A stretch of DNA of 64,000 bases from Antedon mediterranea (lineage: Eukaryota > Animalia > Echinodermata). The notes beneath the pieces are model-generated. The model worked only from the letters and a program-made list of their open reading frames with translations. It was not told the origin of the DNA and made no database searches. Made by a program: the position numbers and the translations under genes. The stretch lies in NCBI RefSeq assembly GCF_964355755.1, contig NC_092680.1, positions 21,709,045 to 21,773,044 of the forward strand, given 5' to 3'. This document shows positions 1 through 12,800 of this stretch, piece after piece; positions within the stretch are counted from its first letter, which is position 1; each line of letters begins with the position of its first letter.

Positions 1-15
1 GGGCACATCACACTT

Positions 16-3000
16 TTAAAAACCGTCATCACTATTAAGCAATGGACTCCATCCTTTGTGTGCAAACTTAAAAATTTTAAGTGCGTCTAACTTGGTCACC
101 TTCAACGAATCTTGAATCAATTGTTTTGACATATCTAAGAGTAGGGATCCATCAATAGCTTGGTCCTGTATCTTTTCATCACAAGACACGTTCAGTTTCA
201 GTGATTTTAAATGTTTAATTAATTGAGATGTACTTAACCCGGAAGTAATTCGTTCATGTATGTTGACATTTTCACTTCTGCTATCGAATTCGCCATACCG
301 TTTGTTATAACGATAGTAACGTCCTTTCTTATAGCCATAGTAGGAGCTCACCGGCTTATAATCTTTTGCAGTTACGTAATATGTATCTTCAGTTGGATTA
401 ATAGTGCCACCAACGTGACCACTCGAACCTGGTGCCATACGCGCCATGTCCTCGTAACTAGAACTGGTGTTACCGTCATGAGAAGGTTCTGAGCCACTAT
501 CCTCAGTAGTGTGCGTCCGCTGATGTGACAGACAGGCTCTTGGCGGCAATGGAGGAGGTCGGCATGGCAACGCTGATAAAAATCGTTTAGGTTCACTAGT
601 CTTCTTAATTTGGGGCAATGGCATCGGAGGTCGACTATCAATATTGTATATACGTTCATCGTCAAATAGATTGTCGACCGAAGCACTGATGGTGGTGTGT
701 GGGGTTGGTAGGGGGTCAGCTGGGCGTCGTTTGACGGTTTTGGCGCGTATAGGTGTGTTAATTGACGCGTTTCTACTAATACATTTGCTGTCTGGTTTTT
801 CTTGAATTTCAGTATCACTCTTAGCTTGAGATAATTTACGACGGGTCCTAAATGGCCATTTAGATCCTCTCTTTATTTTCTAGAATCAAAAAAGACAATA
901 AGAACGTATAAGCAATTACAATTGTTGAGAAACTAAAAAAAACGAACTTAAAAATGTAAATATTTTCATTTGTCAAAACAATAACCATCTTGCCTTACTT
1001 GTATTGTTGCAAATCTGTTGACCTGTGGTTTGTTAACCATGGCAATGACGTCATGTGTCAAGCAGTCTTCGGCGGAGTCCCCCTATTGTAGAATACAATA
1101 TTGAATATAAATCATGGATGCAAACAATAAGATGATCATGACCGAAACACCAAAGTTTTCGTTCTCAGAAGAAGATTGTTTTATAGTGAGTTTTTGGAAA
1201 GTTTCTTGTATAGTGTAAGAAGACCTCAACTGTAACACTCACAGCAGAATATATTCCCTATTGAGAATGTGTGAAGAATACTAAACCGTTTATGAATGCT
1301 GCAAAATCTGGAAACATTGTTTTTCTTTTCAAACTACCCACTTTTATTCACTTTCATCATTTAAAAGTTTATCAATTACCTTGTTTTCACAGATAGTCTT
1401 CTGGTGGCTTTTAAAGTTCCACATATTTAAACATTTTAAAATGTATGATTTAAAAACATGACAAATTTATGGTGTAAAATTGCTTAAAAGCCAAAAAAAA
1501 GTTATTGATACTAATGTAATGGTTTACTTCTTTGTATTTTTTTTTAAAGATTTACATTTTCTTCATTCAGACATTACATGTCTATGCTTAGAGTTAGCTA
1601 GCAATTTGCCATGTAGACTTTGTGGAACAACGAGGTTATGTAGTAACATTAATAACATTAATAAATACTTACTGAATCTTTTGAATTGTAGCATTGATGA
1701 CCAAGTTGCTGAGACTTTAATTTAGTTAACGTTTTGGATTCTTCAACTAAAATTAAGTACAACAAGAATAATATGATTAAACTGTAATCATTTCCGCATT
1801 TACTATTAGCATAGAAAAGTACAACAAGTTTCACTTGTATTGATATGGTAAAAAAAATTGAAACCAGAGATAAATAAGCAAGCCTGTGAGCTACAGCGAT
1901 TTTAATTGCTTTTGCTTATCCTTGCCTCCTTAGATTTCCACCTGTCTTGTTTTTTTTACTTTGTTTTAAATGTATTTCGATTTTAAAGGCTAAATAAAGA
2001 ATGAATGAATGAATGAATATAAAATGATTTGATGCTTAAACAAAAATGATATTTTGGTAAAGTAAGTAATTGCAACAATGATGAAACGAAAGTAAGAGAT
2101 TTTTATCCTACAAACAAAATAATGTTTTTTTCTATATTAAATATTTGTATTTTAGTTTTACAACTAAAGCTTGGTTCCTTAAGCTTGGTTCCCACTAGAA
2201 CGTAACGCAAGGACGTAAACGCAACGCAAGCGTTTTAACCAATGACAAACGAAGTTATAGACAGTTAGCAATCACAAGCGAATAAGCCATCGCTTGTGAT
2301 TGGTTAAAACGCTTGCGTTGCATTTACGTCCTTGCGTTACGTTCTAGTGGGAACCAAGCTTTATACTAGAACGCAACGCAAGGCCGTAAGCCGCAACGTA
2401 GCGAACTGACCAATCCAAGCGATGGATTATTCAAACCATTCCTTATGATTGGTCAATTCGCTTGCGTTGCGTTCTAGTGGGAACCAAGCTTAACCAGCAA
2501 CTATATAGAAAAACCATTGATACGTACGTTTACGGCGGTGTATACGCAATTCCTGTTTCTTATCTGTTAGCTTTCTTTGCATGATTGTTATGCTCAACAA
2601 AAAATACACATAACATTGGTTATAAAATAGAAAGTACTATAAAATGTTCCACGATTCCTGTTTAATTGTAGTTAGTAATTTGAAAGATTTATAAAGTTCT
2701 CAGCAGCTACCATCAAGTTTTAAAAAAAAAGCCAGTTGTCTGCTTTTTGAATTACCAGGTTTGTTGAGAAGCAGCCGATGGGTGGCAGCATCTTTTTTGC
2801 TATCTACACGTGGAGGTGGCACAGGCCTTGGAACTACTGATTGCCGTTTTTTAACGAATTCTAAAAAATATATTTGATGATGAAAAAAAATAATAATTAT
2901 ATATGTTAGTCACGTCTCGAAAGTAAAATAGTACCTTGATAATTCAATTGTATAAGTCCACTTAAGCCCTGTCTACACTATCAAACTAATTTGACAAATA

Positions 3001-6000
3001 AATTGTTGCTGTGCCCAAATATGGTAGTGATAATATAGTGATGTCGTCATCGTGTCCATATTCATTATGGGAACATCACATTTTGTTGTCACATAACATT
3101 TGATAGTGTGGACAGGGCTTTAGTCTAAGATTCTGATATCATAATACAACCATAACATAAAACATCCCAAATACTAACAAAATTAGGCTATGCAAAAAGG
3201 TGTTACCAATGAGTTCAGGAGAGTTTCTTGACAATGTTTGCAGGGCTGCCGTTGCTTTAGCTTTCGTATTCTTAGAGGTACGAGTATACCCGATGGAGTC
3301 ATCATCTGATGTGTGGTCGAGTTGTGGAGCAGAGTGGTTGAGAATCCGTTTGCATAATGGAGTCACTGGTTCATTCGTGTAATACTCACTGGCAGATTTC
3401 ATTGAAATACGTCTATTATCAAAATTCTCTGTATTCGCTCGTTCTGTCATGAATAAGTACATAAATAATGGTCCGAAAACAACTCATTCTACTAAGGTTT
3501 GCTTTTGTTTTCACTTTTATTCTAACTCTATATTTGACTATGGTATCGATTATGTATAAATCGAGTTATGCACGCAATATATTATTATAGGTTAGAGTGC
3601 GGAGCCAGTCGACTAAAAAAAATAATAAAAAAGATGATAAGAATAACGTAGGGCGGGTGCGGGGGTTTCGGTGCGGAAAACAATATTTATTTTCTCTTTA
3701 ATTTAAAAAAAGAAATCCGTTGATTTGATGCTGACAATAGCCTATTAAATTTATACCTGCTTCATATTATGTAATTCATCGTTACGTCATAAATATGCAT
3801 ATTCATGAACGTCATCTTGAGGGAACTATTAGTGTAATAACTTGGTTATAAACAAGATGACCAGTTAGCTCAGTCGACTGAGCGTCGTGTTAATAACAAG
3901 AGTGTCGCGCGTTCGAACCCCACACTGGTCTGGTGGAACAGAGTTAAAACTATGCGAGCTACTGTGTTTGGGGTTCACGGAATTATACGTCCCTCTTTTC
4001 ACCACACATCATGAGGCAGCAAAATAAATGCATCAGGTGATGTGGTGGAAACGACCTCAAAAGGCTGTGGCAGGGCCTTAGTGCTGAGGCAGGGAGAGCA
4101 CACGTTAACATCTTTTTGGCTTACTCCACCGCACCTGTATTTTGATCTTGTAAATTTTATGGTTAGCGCCCTCAATTTAGGAACCCTAACACCCGTGTTA
4201 TAATAATCCAGGAAATTACGAACAAGCGAACGTTTTTGTAACTTCGAAGTTGGACTTTTCCGCCGCTTAGGATAAGAAGCCGAGTTGTTTAAGTAGGGAA
4301 ACCCCGCCTAAAACTTTTAAGTCACATCTAAGTTGAAATCGATGATATTAAAATAGTTTGTATTTGAAATGTTTGTTCTATTGATTTACTGTCATGGCTC
4401 GGATGAATTGCATGCTCTCACTCCGGTAGATCTTCTAGATAAACTAAACGTTTTGCTCCTTTGTATCATTATCAATTATCTACGTACTACGCCGACTAAA
4501 AGATTAGTTATTCACATTAAAGCAAACTTAAATCTATCAAAATTTTAGATGCGCAGTTTTCTATTTTGCAGAATTAGTAAACTTACCGATGCCCTCCCTT
4601 TCAGTAGACATAGTAGCATCTGACAATGGCATAATAGGTACTGTACAGTCCAATGTAGTTCGCCTGGGCAGTTTAGGCGACGGACAATAAATATTCTCTT
4701 TCTTAGTGTCTACCACTAATTGAGGATAGTCAAATTTTAATAACCGAACAACATCAATATTGCTCAATGTAAACTTTGGACCAAAAGTCTCAACCGCTTC
4801 CGTTTTTTCACGTTGTCTTGTCAGCAGAGATTCACTAACATAAAATTGTAAATTAGCCAGATGAGAAAATAGAAAGATTGTTTTATATCCAGTATTATTA
4901 CACGAACAACCCGCGTAGTATTCCTCTGCGCATGTTTTCTCTGCTACAATTGGGTGTGATATGTAACTGTTCATACGAGAAAGAAATTCTGGTTCGTGGT
5001 CGTTGAGGTCGCCAGTTATTCGAAGTTTCACAGGTAGAGTAAACTTGTTTATAATCTCCTGCATGGTATATGGCAACACGTCGGGGATCACCTCAAAATA
5101 ACCAACTGTGCCTGTTGTTAATGTAAATGTTATGTTTTCCCGACACACACAACTGTTGATGAAATTAGGTGGAAATAAATAAACGAGAAAAAAAGAAGCA
5201 TCATCCATGGGGTGCGCCATTAGGCCTACGGACTATTAATATTAAGTAGCGATGTTATAAGTAGGGCTATAAAGCTGGTTCCCAACGCAAGGACGTAGAG
5301 TTGAGGAGTTGACCAATGACAAGCGACAGTTGAATAACTACATCGCTCAGTGATTGGTCAAATGCCTTAAGCTTGTTCCCAATAGAGACGCAACGCAAGG
5401 ATGTGGACGCAACGCACTGCGAGTTTACCAATGACTTGGAATCCTTCGCATTTGATTGGTCAAATCCCTTAGGCCTACGTTGCGTTACGTCGTTGTGTTG
5501 CGTCTCTAATGTGAACCAAGTATTATCAATGGTGACAATTTCCTACCTTAATACTGGCTTTATTCCGTCAATGAAAGCACAGCGTCGAATTCGGACTATG
5601 CGTATTATTTCTCCAATTTCTAATTTAAGCATATCCACTAATTTTGAAACATTTGTAAGCTTCGACATTATACGAACTTGCTGAGGATTTATTTCAACCA
5701 AGTCTGCTACGGTATAAAAACTCTTAGAACAATCATGAACTACATTAAAACATCCGCTGTAGCTAACTGGTAAATAAAGTTTGGACTTAGAATCATCAAG
5801 AATACTTGGTATTCTAAGCTGAACTGTTTCTAGATTCCAACGGTAGTGCAACATCACCATATCTGACTCGAATGTAGTCGTAGGTGAAAGGAATTGTTTT
5901 TCATTTTTCACAATTCCAACGAGGCTAGGCAAGGCTGGATCTAGTTCAAACAGTTCTTGAGCACTCAGTCGAATATCGTACCTCATGTGATCAATTTCCA

Positions 6001-6097
6001 TCTTTAATGTTGGGCTGGCTCTCAACCTACGTATAGTTGACAATTCTGGTGAAACTCTCGATCCCGTATTGATTTCGTGAACCGGTTACGAATCCAT
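16..6097 (-). CDS. CABIT-domain protein with Pro-rich linker and C-terminal SAM-like domain (GAREM/THEMIS-like adaptor), multi-exon
   Basis: Exons approx 5547-6097, 4586-5232, 3207-3445, 2756-2860, 2528-2563, 1000-1082, 16-879. Two CABIT-like segments (LYLPVSYSGCFNVV..YTVADLVE..LEIGEIIRI; GYFEVI..YTMQEIINKFTLPVKLRI), PxxPxR motifs (PRPVPPPR, RPPPLPPR), terminal SAM-like LSTSQLIKHLKSLKL..IDGSLLLDM..LKIFKFAHKGWSP. Start codon and the exon1/2 junction are uncertain. Confidence 0.7.
2182..2490. mobile_element. MITE family B (AGCTTGGTTCCCACTAG TIR): full copy 2182-2360 plus adjacent partial copy
   Basis: Near-palindromic ~180 bp unit agcttggttcccactagaacg...cgttctagtgggaaccaagct flanked by TAA/TTA; recurs at 5273, 17576, 18336. 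Confidence 0.85.
2965..3119. mobile_element. MITE family A (AGCTCTGTCTACACTATCAAAC TIR; PIF/Harbinger Tourist-like)
   Basis: TIR agccctgtctacactatcaaa / tttgatagtgtggacagggct, TTA on both sides; about 9 copies in the window. Confidence 0.85.
3859..4140 (+). mobile_element. tRNA-Ile(AAT)-derived sequence (3859-3930), probable SINE head with downstream body
   Basis: gaccagttagctcagtcgactgagcgtcgtgttaataac...gttcgaaccccacactggtc has an A box, a B box (gttcgaacc), an AAT anticodon loop and a gaccag/ctggtc acceptor stem, but mismatched arms; 3' end uncertain. Confidence 0.6.
5273..5521. mobile_element. MITE family B, degenerate or compound copy
   Basis: agctggttcccaacgcaaggacg ... ccaatgac/gattggtc core ... 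gtgaaccaag. Confidence 0.7.
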
Positions 6098-6864
6098 TGG
6101 AATGCGACAGAGTGACAAACTATAGGCAAACTGCTATCATAAACGGCTTGTGTCTTCTATCACTAATTGTTCTAATATTATATCGAACAAGCTCCTATAC
6201 TATTATTAGATTATAGTTTGTATAATATAATATGTTGACAATTATAATATATTCTAAACATGTTTAAAACGTGACATGAGCATTTCCTGCTACTGTAGTT
6301 GGTTTCAGTGTTAATCACACTTTCGTTACAAACATTTTCTATGAATCGTTCTTACACTATAAGGTTTTTTTTAATTGTTTAGAAATTCTATTTTTGACAA
6401 ATATATCCTATTAGGCCTATGGGCAAGTGATTAACATGAACGTTTATCGTTCCAGCTTTTCTTCAAGTGTTGTATTATGACATGCTGTTTAGGCCTCTTA
6501 CATAAAATCTCCATTTAATAACCCTATGTATGGTTTTTTTATTTGTGGTACGTCAATAAAATACTAATTTTTATAAAATTTTAAAAAAAAATCAATCCAT
6601 GGAGTAAATTCTTACTCCATGATTAATCAAAATTGTTATACGAAACAACAATAAAAATGTCACTTTGACAAAATTAAGATCTTATACAGTATTTTTGCAC
6701 AGATATTCTATTTGTTCATATTGGGAAAATTATTAGTTGTTTATGTTATATCGAAAACAATGCTGTTTTTCTTTATTTTTAACGTAAATAAACTATCTCT
6801 ACGTGTACATCTAGTCTACCCTCTTTACAAATGGTATCTTCCGGTAATAGACGCTTTTTGTGTG

Positions 6865-9800
6865 ATGGCGGAGGTTATTGAATTTGATGTGCCCTCATGG
6901 TATGAAATTTCATTTATTTATTCTCAAAATATTGCATTTTAAGATATATTTACATCAAAACTAAAGGACTATTTAAATTTCAAAATTGTAGTGCATAATA
7001 TAAAACCAAAGTTTGTTAACCTTAGTGTAAATCTAAATGTTCCTATGACCATCTAGGCCTAGGGATATGCCTCCTATGATGTTGGCTGGCTTTCTTAACA
7101 CCTGGTCCGTCCCGCAAGGACGTAAAACAAGGTCGCTTCGTCCCAGAGTCTTTTCGTTCTGTTGGGCTACAGCTACCTTATTAACCCTGCCTATCTTGAT
7201 TTTATCATAAACGTGATTTATGTGAAATAATAATTATTAATTATTTTAAAATGTTTTTTACAGGGCTGGTAAACCTCATCCTGGGCTTCATCTTGATGTT
7301 CTTAAAGATGGAAAAATGATTGAGGTAATTGAACAATATAATAATAATTAATAAATAATATAAAGAGTTGGAGAAATAAAAATACTGATATATAAATATT
7401 AACAAGTATAAAGTACAATCATTTTATTCATTCTGTGTTTAACTTTAAATAAGGGAAGATGATTAAACAATATATTTCTTGTCTTAAAAACAAACAAAAT
7501 TAGAATATTATTACATAAAATAAAACATTGCACAATATGAACACAACATTTAATTGATAACAATTTAAGTTCTGAAATCATCTGCCAAAGTTAAGTTAGG
7601 TAGTAATTACATCAGTTACTGTGTTTATTGAAGTTGATGAATCAATTCATTTTTGTATTACTTGTTAATTGTCTTTTTGCTTGTTTATTTATTTATTTGT
7701 AGGTTTTTTTACCCTTTAATAATGCCTTTTGTGGTTACTGCAGGGTGAAGATAAAATACAATTGACACATAAAACACATAAAATAAAAATTGATTTGTTT
7801 CAGAAAATGATGATAGATGAGAAGACATACTATTTATTTGGAAGAAATTCATTGACGTGTGATTTTGTGATTGATCACGCATCCTGTTCACGTGTACATG
7901 CTGCCCTCGTTTACCACAAACATTTAAATCGGTCTTTTATTATCGACTTAAATAGCAGTAAGTCTCTAAATTCGGCATTTATTAATTGTGTAATTTTACA
8001 TCTTATGAAAATGCTACTATGGCTGAAAACCATAGTAAACCATAGAAATTCATTTCGTTTTAATTCAATCAAAAATAGCAATTTTACATTAATAAGATGA
8101 AGTACCAATTAGTAGTATAAAACAAAATCAAAAAGAGTGCATGAACGAGAGCTACAGTATATGTCATGTAATACTGTATACAGAATACAATTGGAACATC
8201 CATCAATAACAGTATATGTTGTGATTAACATATTATAATACTGTATACAGAATACAATTGGAACATCCATCAATAACAGTATATTTTGTGATTAACATAT
8301 TAATACTGTATACAGAATACAATTGGAACATACATCAATAACAGTATATGTTGTGATTAACATATTATAATACTGTATACAGAATACAATTGGAACATCC
8401 ATCAATAACAGTATATGTTGTGATTAACATATTAATACTGTATACAGAATACAATTGGAACACCCATCAATAACAGTATATGTTGTGATTAACATATTAT
8501 AATACTGTATACAGAATACAATTGGAACACCCATCAATAACAGTATATGTTGTGATTAACATATTAATACTGTATACAGAATACAATTGGAACATCCATC
8601 AATAACAGTATATGTTGTGATTAACATATTAATACTGTATACAGAATACAATTGGAACACCCATCAATAACAGTATATGTTGTGATTAACATATTATAAT
8701 ACTGTATACAGAATACAATTGGAACATCCATCAATAACAGTATATGTTGTGATTAACATATTAATACTGTATACAGAATACAATTGGAACATCCATCAAT
8801 AACAGTATATGTTGTGATTAACATATTAATACTGTATACAGAATACAATTGGAACATCCATCAATAACAGTATATGTTGTGATTAACATATTATAATACT
8901 GTATACAGAATACAATTGGAACATCCATCAATAACAGTATATGTTGTGATTAACATATTAATACTGTATACAGAATACAATTGGAACATCCATCAATAAC
9001 AGTATATGTTGTGATTAACATATTAATACTGTATACAGAATACAATTGGAACATCCATCAATAACAGTATATGTTGTGATTAACATATTAATACTGTATA
9101 CAGAATACAATTGGAACATCCATCAATAACAGTATATGTTGTGATTAACATATTAATACTGTATACAGAATACAATTGGAACATCCATCAATAACAGTAT
9201 ATGTTGTGATTAACATATTAATACTGTATACAGAATACAATTGGAACACCCATCAATAACAGTATATGTTGTGATTAACATATTAATACTGTATACAGAA
9301 TACAATTGGAACATCCATCAATAACAGTATATGTTGTGATTAACATATTAATACTGTATACAGAATACAATTGGAACATCCATCAATAACAGTATATGTT
9401 GTGATTAACATATTATAATACTGTATACAGAATACAATTGGAACATCCATCAATAACAGTATATGTTGTGATTAACATATTATAATACTGTATACAGAAT
9501 ACAATTGGAACACCCATCAATAACAGTATATGTTGTGATTAACATATTATAATACTGTATACAGAATACAATTGGAACACCCATCAATAACAGTATATGT
9601 TGTGATTAACATATTAATACTGTATACAGAATACAATTGGAACACCCATCAATAACAGTATATGTTGTGATTAACATATTAATACTGTATACAGAATACA
9701 ATTGGAACATCCATCAATAACAGTATATGTTGTGATTAACATATTAATACTGTATACAGAATACAATTGGAACATCCATCAATAACAGTATATGTTGTGA

Positions 9801-12800
9801 TTAACATATTATAATACTGTATACAGAATACAATTGGAACATCCATCAATAACAGTATATGTTGTGATTAACATATTATAATACTGTATACAGAATACAA
9901 TTGGAACATCCATCAATAACAGTATATGTTGTGATTAACATATTATAATACTGTATACAGAATACAATTGGAACACCCATCAATAACAGTATATGTTGTG
10001 ATTAACATATTATAATACTGTAATATAGTATACTGTACATAGAATACAATACAGACTAACTTTATAAGTAAAGTAAACATGTTGTTTTTTTCTCAAGCAC
10101 ATGGCACTTACCTTGGCAGTATAAGACTGGAGAGAAAGAAACCCCAACAAGTACCAATAGACAGTACAATCAGATTTGGCGCGTCCACGAGGGCGTACAT
10201 TCTACGAGAAAAACCACAGAATGCTATCACCCCTGGCAACAAGTCAGAACACTCAGAAAAACAGTTAGAAGAGGAAGAAATGCATGGAGGATTATTAGGG
10301 TTACCAGAGGAAGAAACTGAGCTGGCTGTGAGTAGTCTTAAGCTCTGTACATTATTATTATTATAGCACCAGAACCATGGTCTTAGGCTGTGTACATTAT
10401 TATTATTCTAGCACCAGAACCATGGTCTTAAGCTCTGTACATTATTATTATTCTAGCACCAGAACCATGGTCTTAAGCTGTGTACATTATTATTATTCTA
10501 GCACCAGAACCATGGTCTTAAGCTCTGTACATTATTATTATTCTAGCACCAGAACCATGGTCAAAGAAAGAGACTAAATGTTCTGTGGCGCCCCTTGAAA
10601 TAAAAATTATTGTAAGCATTTGTAGTAATCATTTAATATTATTTTTTTATAGAATTTAACAGAATTTAATACCGCTCATAACAAGCGTCTGACGGCAGTT
10701 GGGATAGAAGAATCGGCCGCCACTGAAGCTGCACGTGCTAAAAGGAAACGCAAACATTTAAATGTTGTTTTCAGTGAAGATGATGAGATTATTAACCCTG
10801 GTAAGTTTAATGAATAATGTAGCCATTGCAATGTCAGAAACACACCATTTTGTATTTTAAATGATGCATTTTATCTGTATTTTAAACAATGTGTTTTATC
10901 TGTATTATACCAAATTTTAACCTTTTTAACTAATTTTTATGTGAATTTTTAATTTCAACAAATGAAAATAATTTCAAACCATGTACTATATTCTACTGTG
11001 TTTGAATAAATGACTACTATGATGGAATACAGAAGCAGAATACTCCTAATTGTATAAATGACTACTATGATGGAACACAGAAGCAGAATACTCCTAATTG
11101 TATAAATGACTACTATGATGGAATACAGAAGCAGAATACTCCTAATTGTATAAATGACTACTATGATGGAACACAGAAGCCAGTGGCGTATCCAGTAGGG
11201 GGGCCGGGGGGGCCCGGGCCCCCCCTGATTTCGTTTCCGTCGGCACATCATCGCGGCCGTCGGCAAACAAAGGTGCCGGGAAAAAAAATAAACTATTTAT
11301 TCTGACAATAATTGAACTGTAAACATAATTCTTTTGAGTGTTTGTTTATTTACATATCATATCATCATTGATCCCTTCAGATCAACTATTTTTTATTTTC
11401 ATTACATCTAACGAAACACGTAAAAAATGTGTAGCACGTACGTACGTACGGCCGTACGCGGTAGATTGTTTACTCAAAAGTCTTTGACCTTACCCTAAAA
11501 CCTTGTTTTTGCATGCAGTTGAGCCTCTCATGACCTGGGATTTGTATGTCTTCCTACGCTAAGAGATTATATAGTTCCACATGCCATGTGCCTTTTTGTC
11601 TAAGATATATTTATTATAAGTGCCAAAAACCCGGTTTTTTTTTCTCGATATGAGGCCTTTATTATTCAAAATTTTTAAAGAAAAAGCACATATACCATAA
11701 AAAATATCCATGTAGGCCCTATTTCATTTTTGGAACAGAATATTCCGTGAGGCTCAACTACAAAACCACCATTTTGTGATATGATGTCATCGTAAGCCAA
11801 TCAAAGCTGAGCTTTCTCGCGATTGGCATTGCTCACGGTTGAATGATTTAGGATTCTAGCTGATTTGATTGGTGGATGCGAATCACCCGCAGCGGAATGT
11901 TTTCTCTCGCGCGTGTACCATGAATCTCTCTGATCGTTACTACACAAAGTTAGAGCAATGAATTTGTCCGAATTCCGTTAAGTAAACAACTTTATATATT
12001 TTATAAGCATTTAATAACATGTTTTATTGATATTTGCAATGGTGATATATAAAATAAATTACTAAAAAACGTAATTATATGTAATTATTTTAACCAAAAA
12101 TGGCGTAGTTAATAGAATTGTCGACTGAGGCCGCAAATTGTTTTACTTCTTTCGTGGCTAAAAACGATCATTTTCGGCGATGTTTTAGACCCTATATTTC
12201 GAAAACTACAAATCAGATTTTCCTAATTCTTTCTTTATTGTAATATGAATACAACATACTAACAGATAATGTTGGTTTGGATTTTATTTTGCATCGTTAT
12301 CCCATATAAGACAATATGACTATGTAATCCTAGAAAATATATTGATCAGAGACGTCGTGTATGTACAGCAGATAATGACACCAATTTTGTCGGCAAATTG
12401 GCAATTCCCGGCCCCCCCAACTTCAAAATCCTGGATACGCCACTGACAGAAGCAGAATACTCCTAATTGTATAAATGACTACTATGATGGAACACAGAAG
12501 CAGAATACTCCTAATTGTATAAATGACTACTATGATGGAACACAGAAGCAGAATACTCCTAATTGTATAAATGACTACTATGATGGAACACAGAAGCAGA
12601 ATACTCCTAATTGTATAAATGACTACTATGATGGAATACAGAAGCAGAATCTATATATAAATTTACGTAAGGGCAAAATTCGGTAAATCGCGCCTTACTT
12701 CTATAATTTTTACTCGATGGTATGTAAAGTTGGTTCGTACTTTCGGTACTGATTTTAACCACCTGATGTAACCCTGTTTACTAATTAAATTAAGTTAGAT

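Noticed and set aside
372-818. 148-aa minus-strand ORF
   Set aside because: Alternative frame of the CABIT gene's last exon, whose true frame is open from 879 to 16
4005-4060. Possible hammerhead ribozyme in the SINE body
   Set aside because: Core reads CTGATGC, not CUGANGA, and no supporting stems were found by eye
8169-10021. CRISPR-like appearance of regular repeats (also 45716-48013)
   Set aside because: Pure head-to-tail units with no unique spacers, no cas genes and a eukaryotic intronic context
10377-10577. ORF with MVLSSVHYYYSSTRT repeats
   Set aside because: Translation of a 45-bp intronic minisatellite
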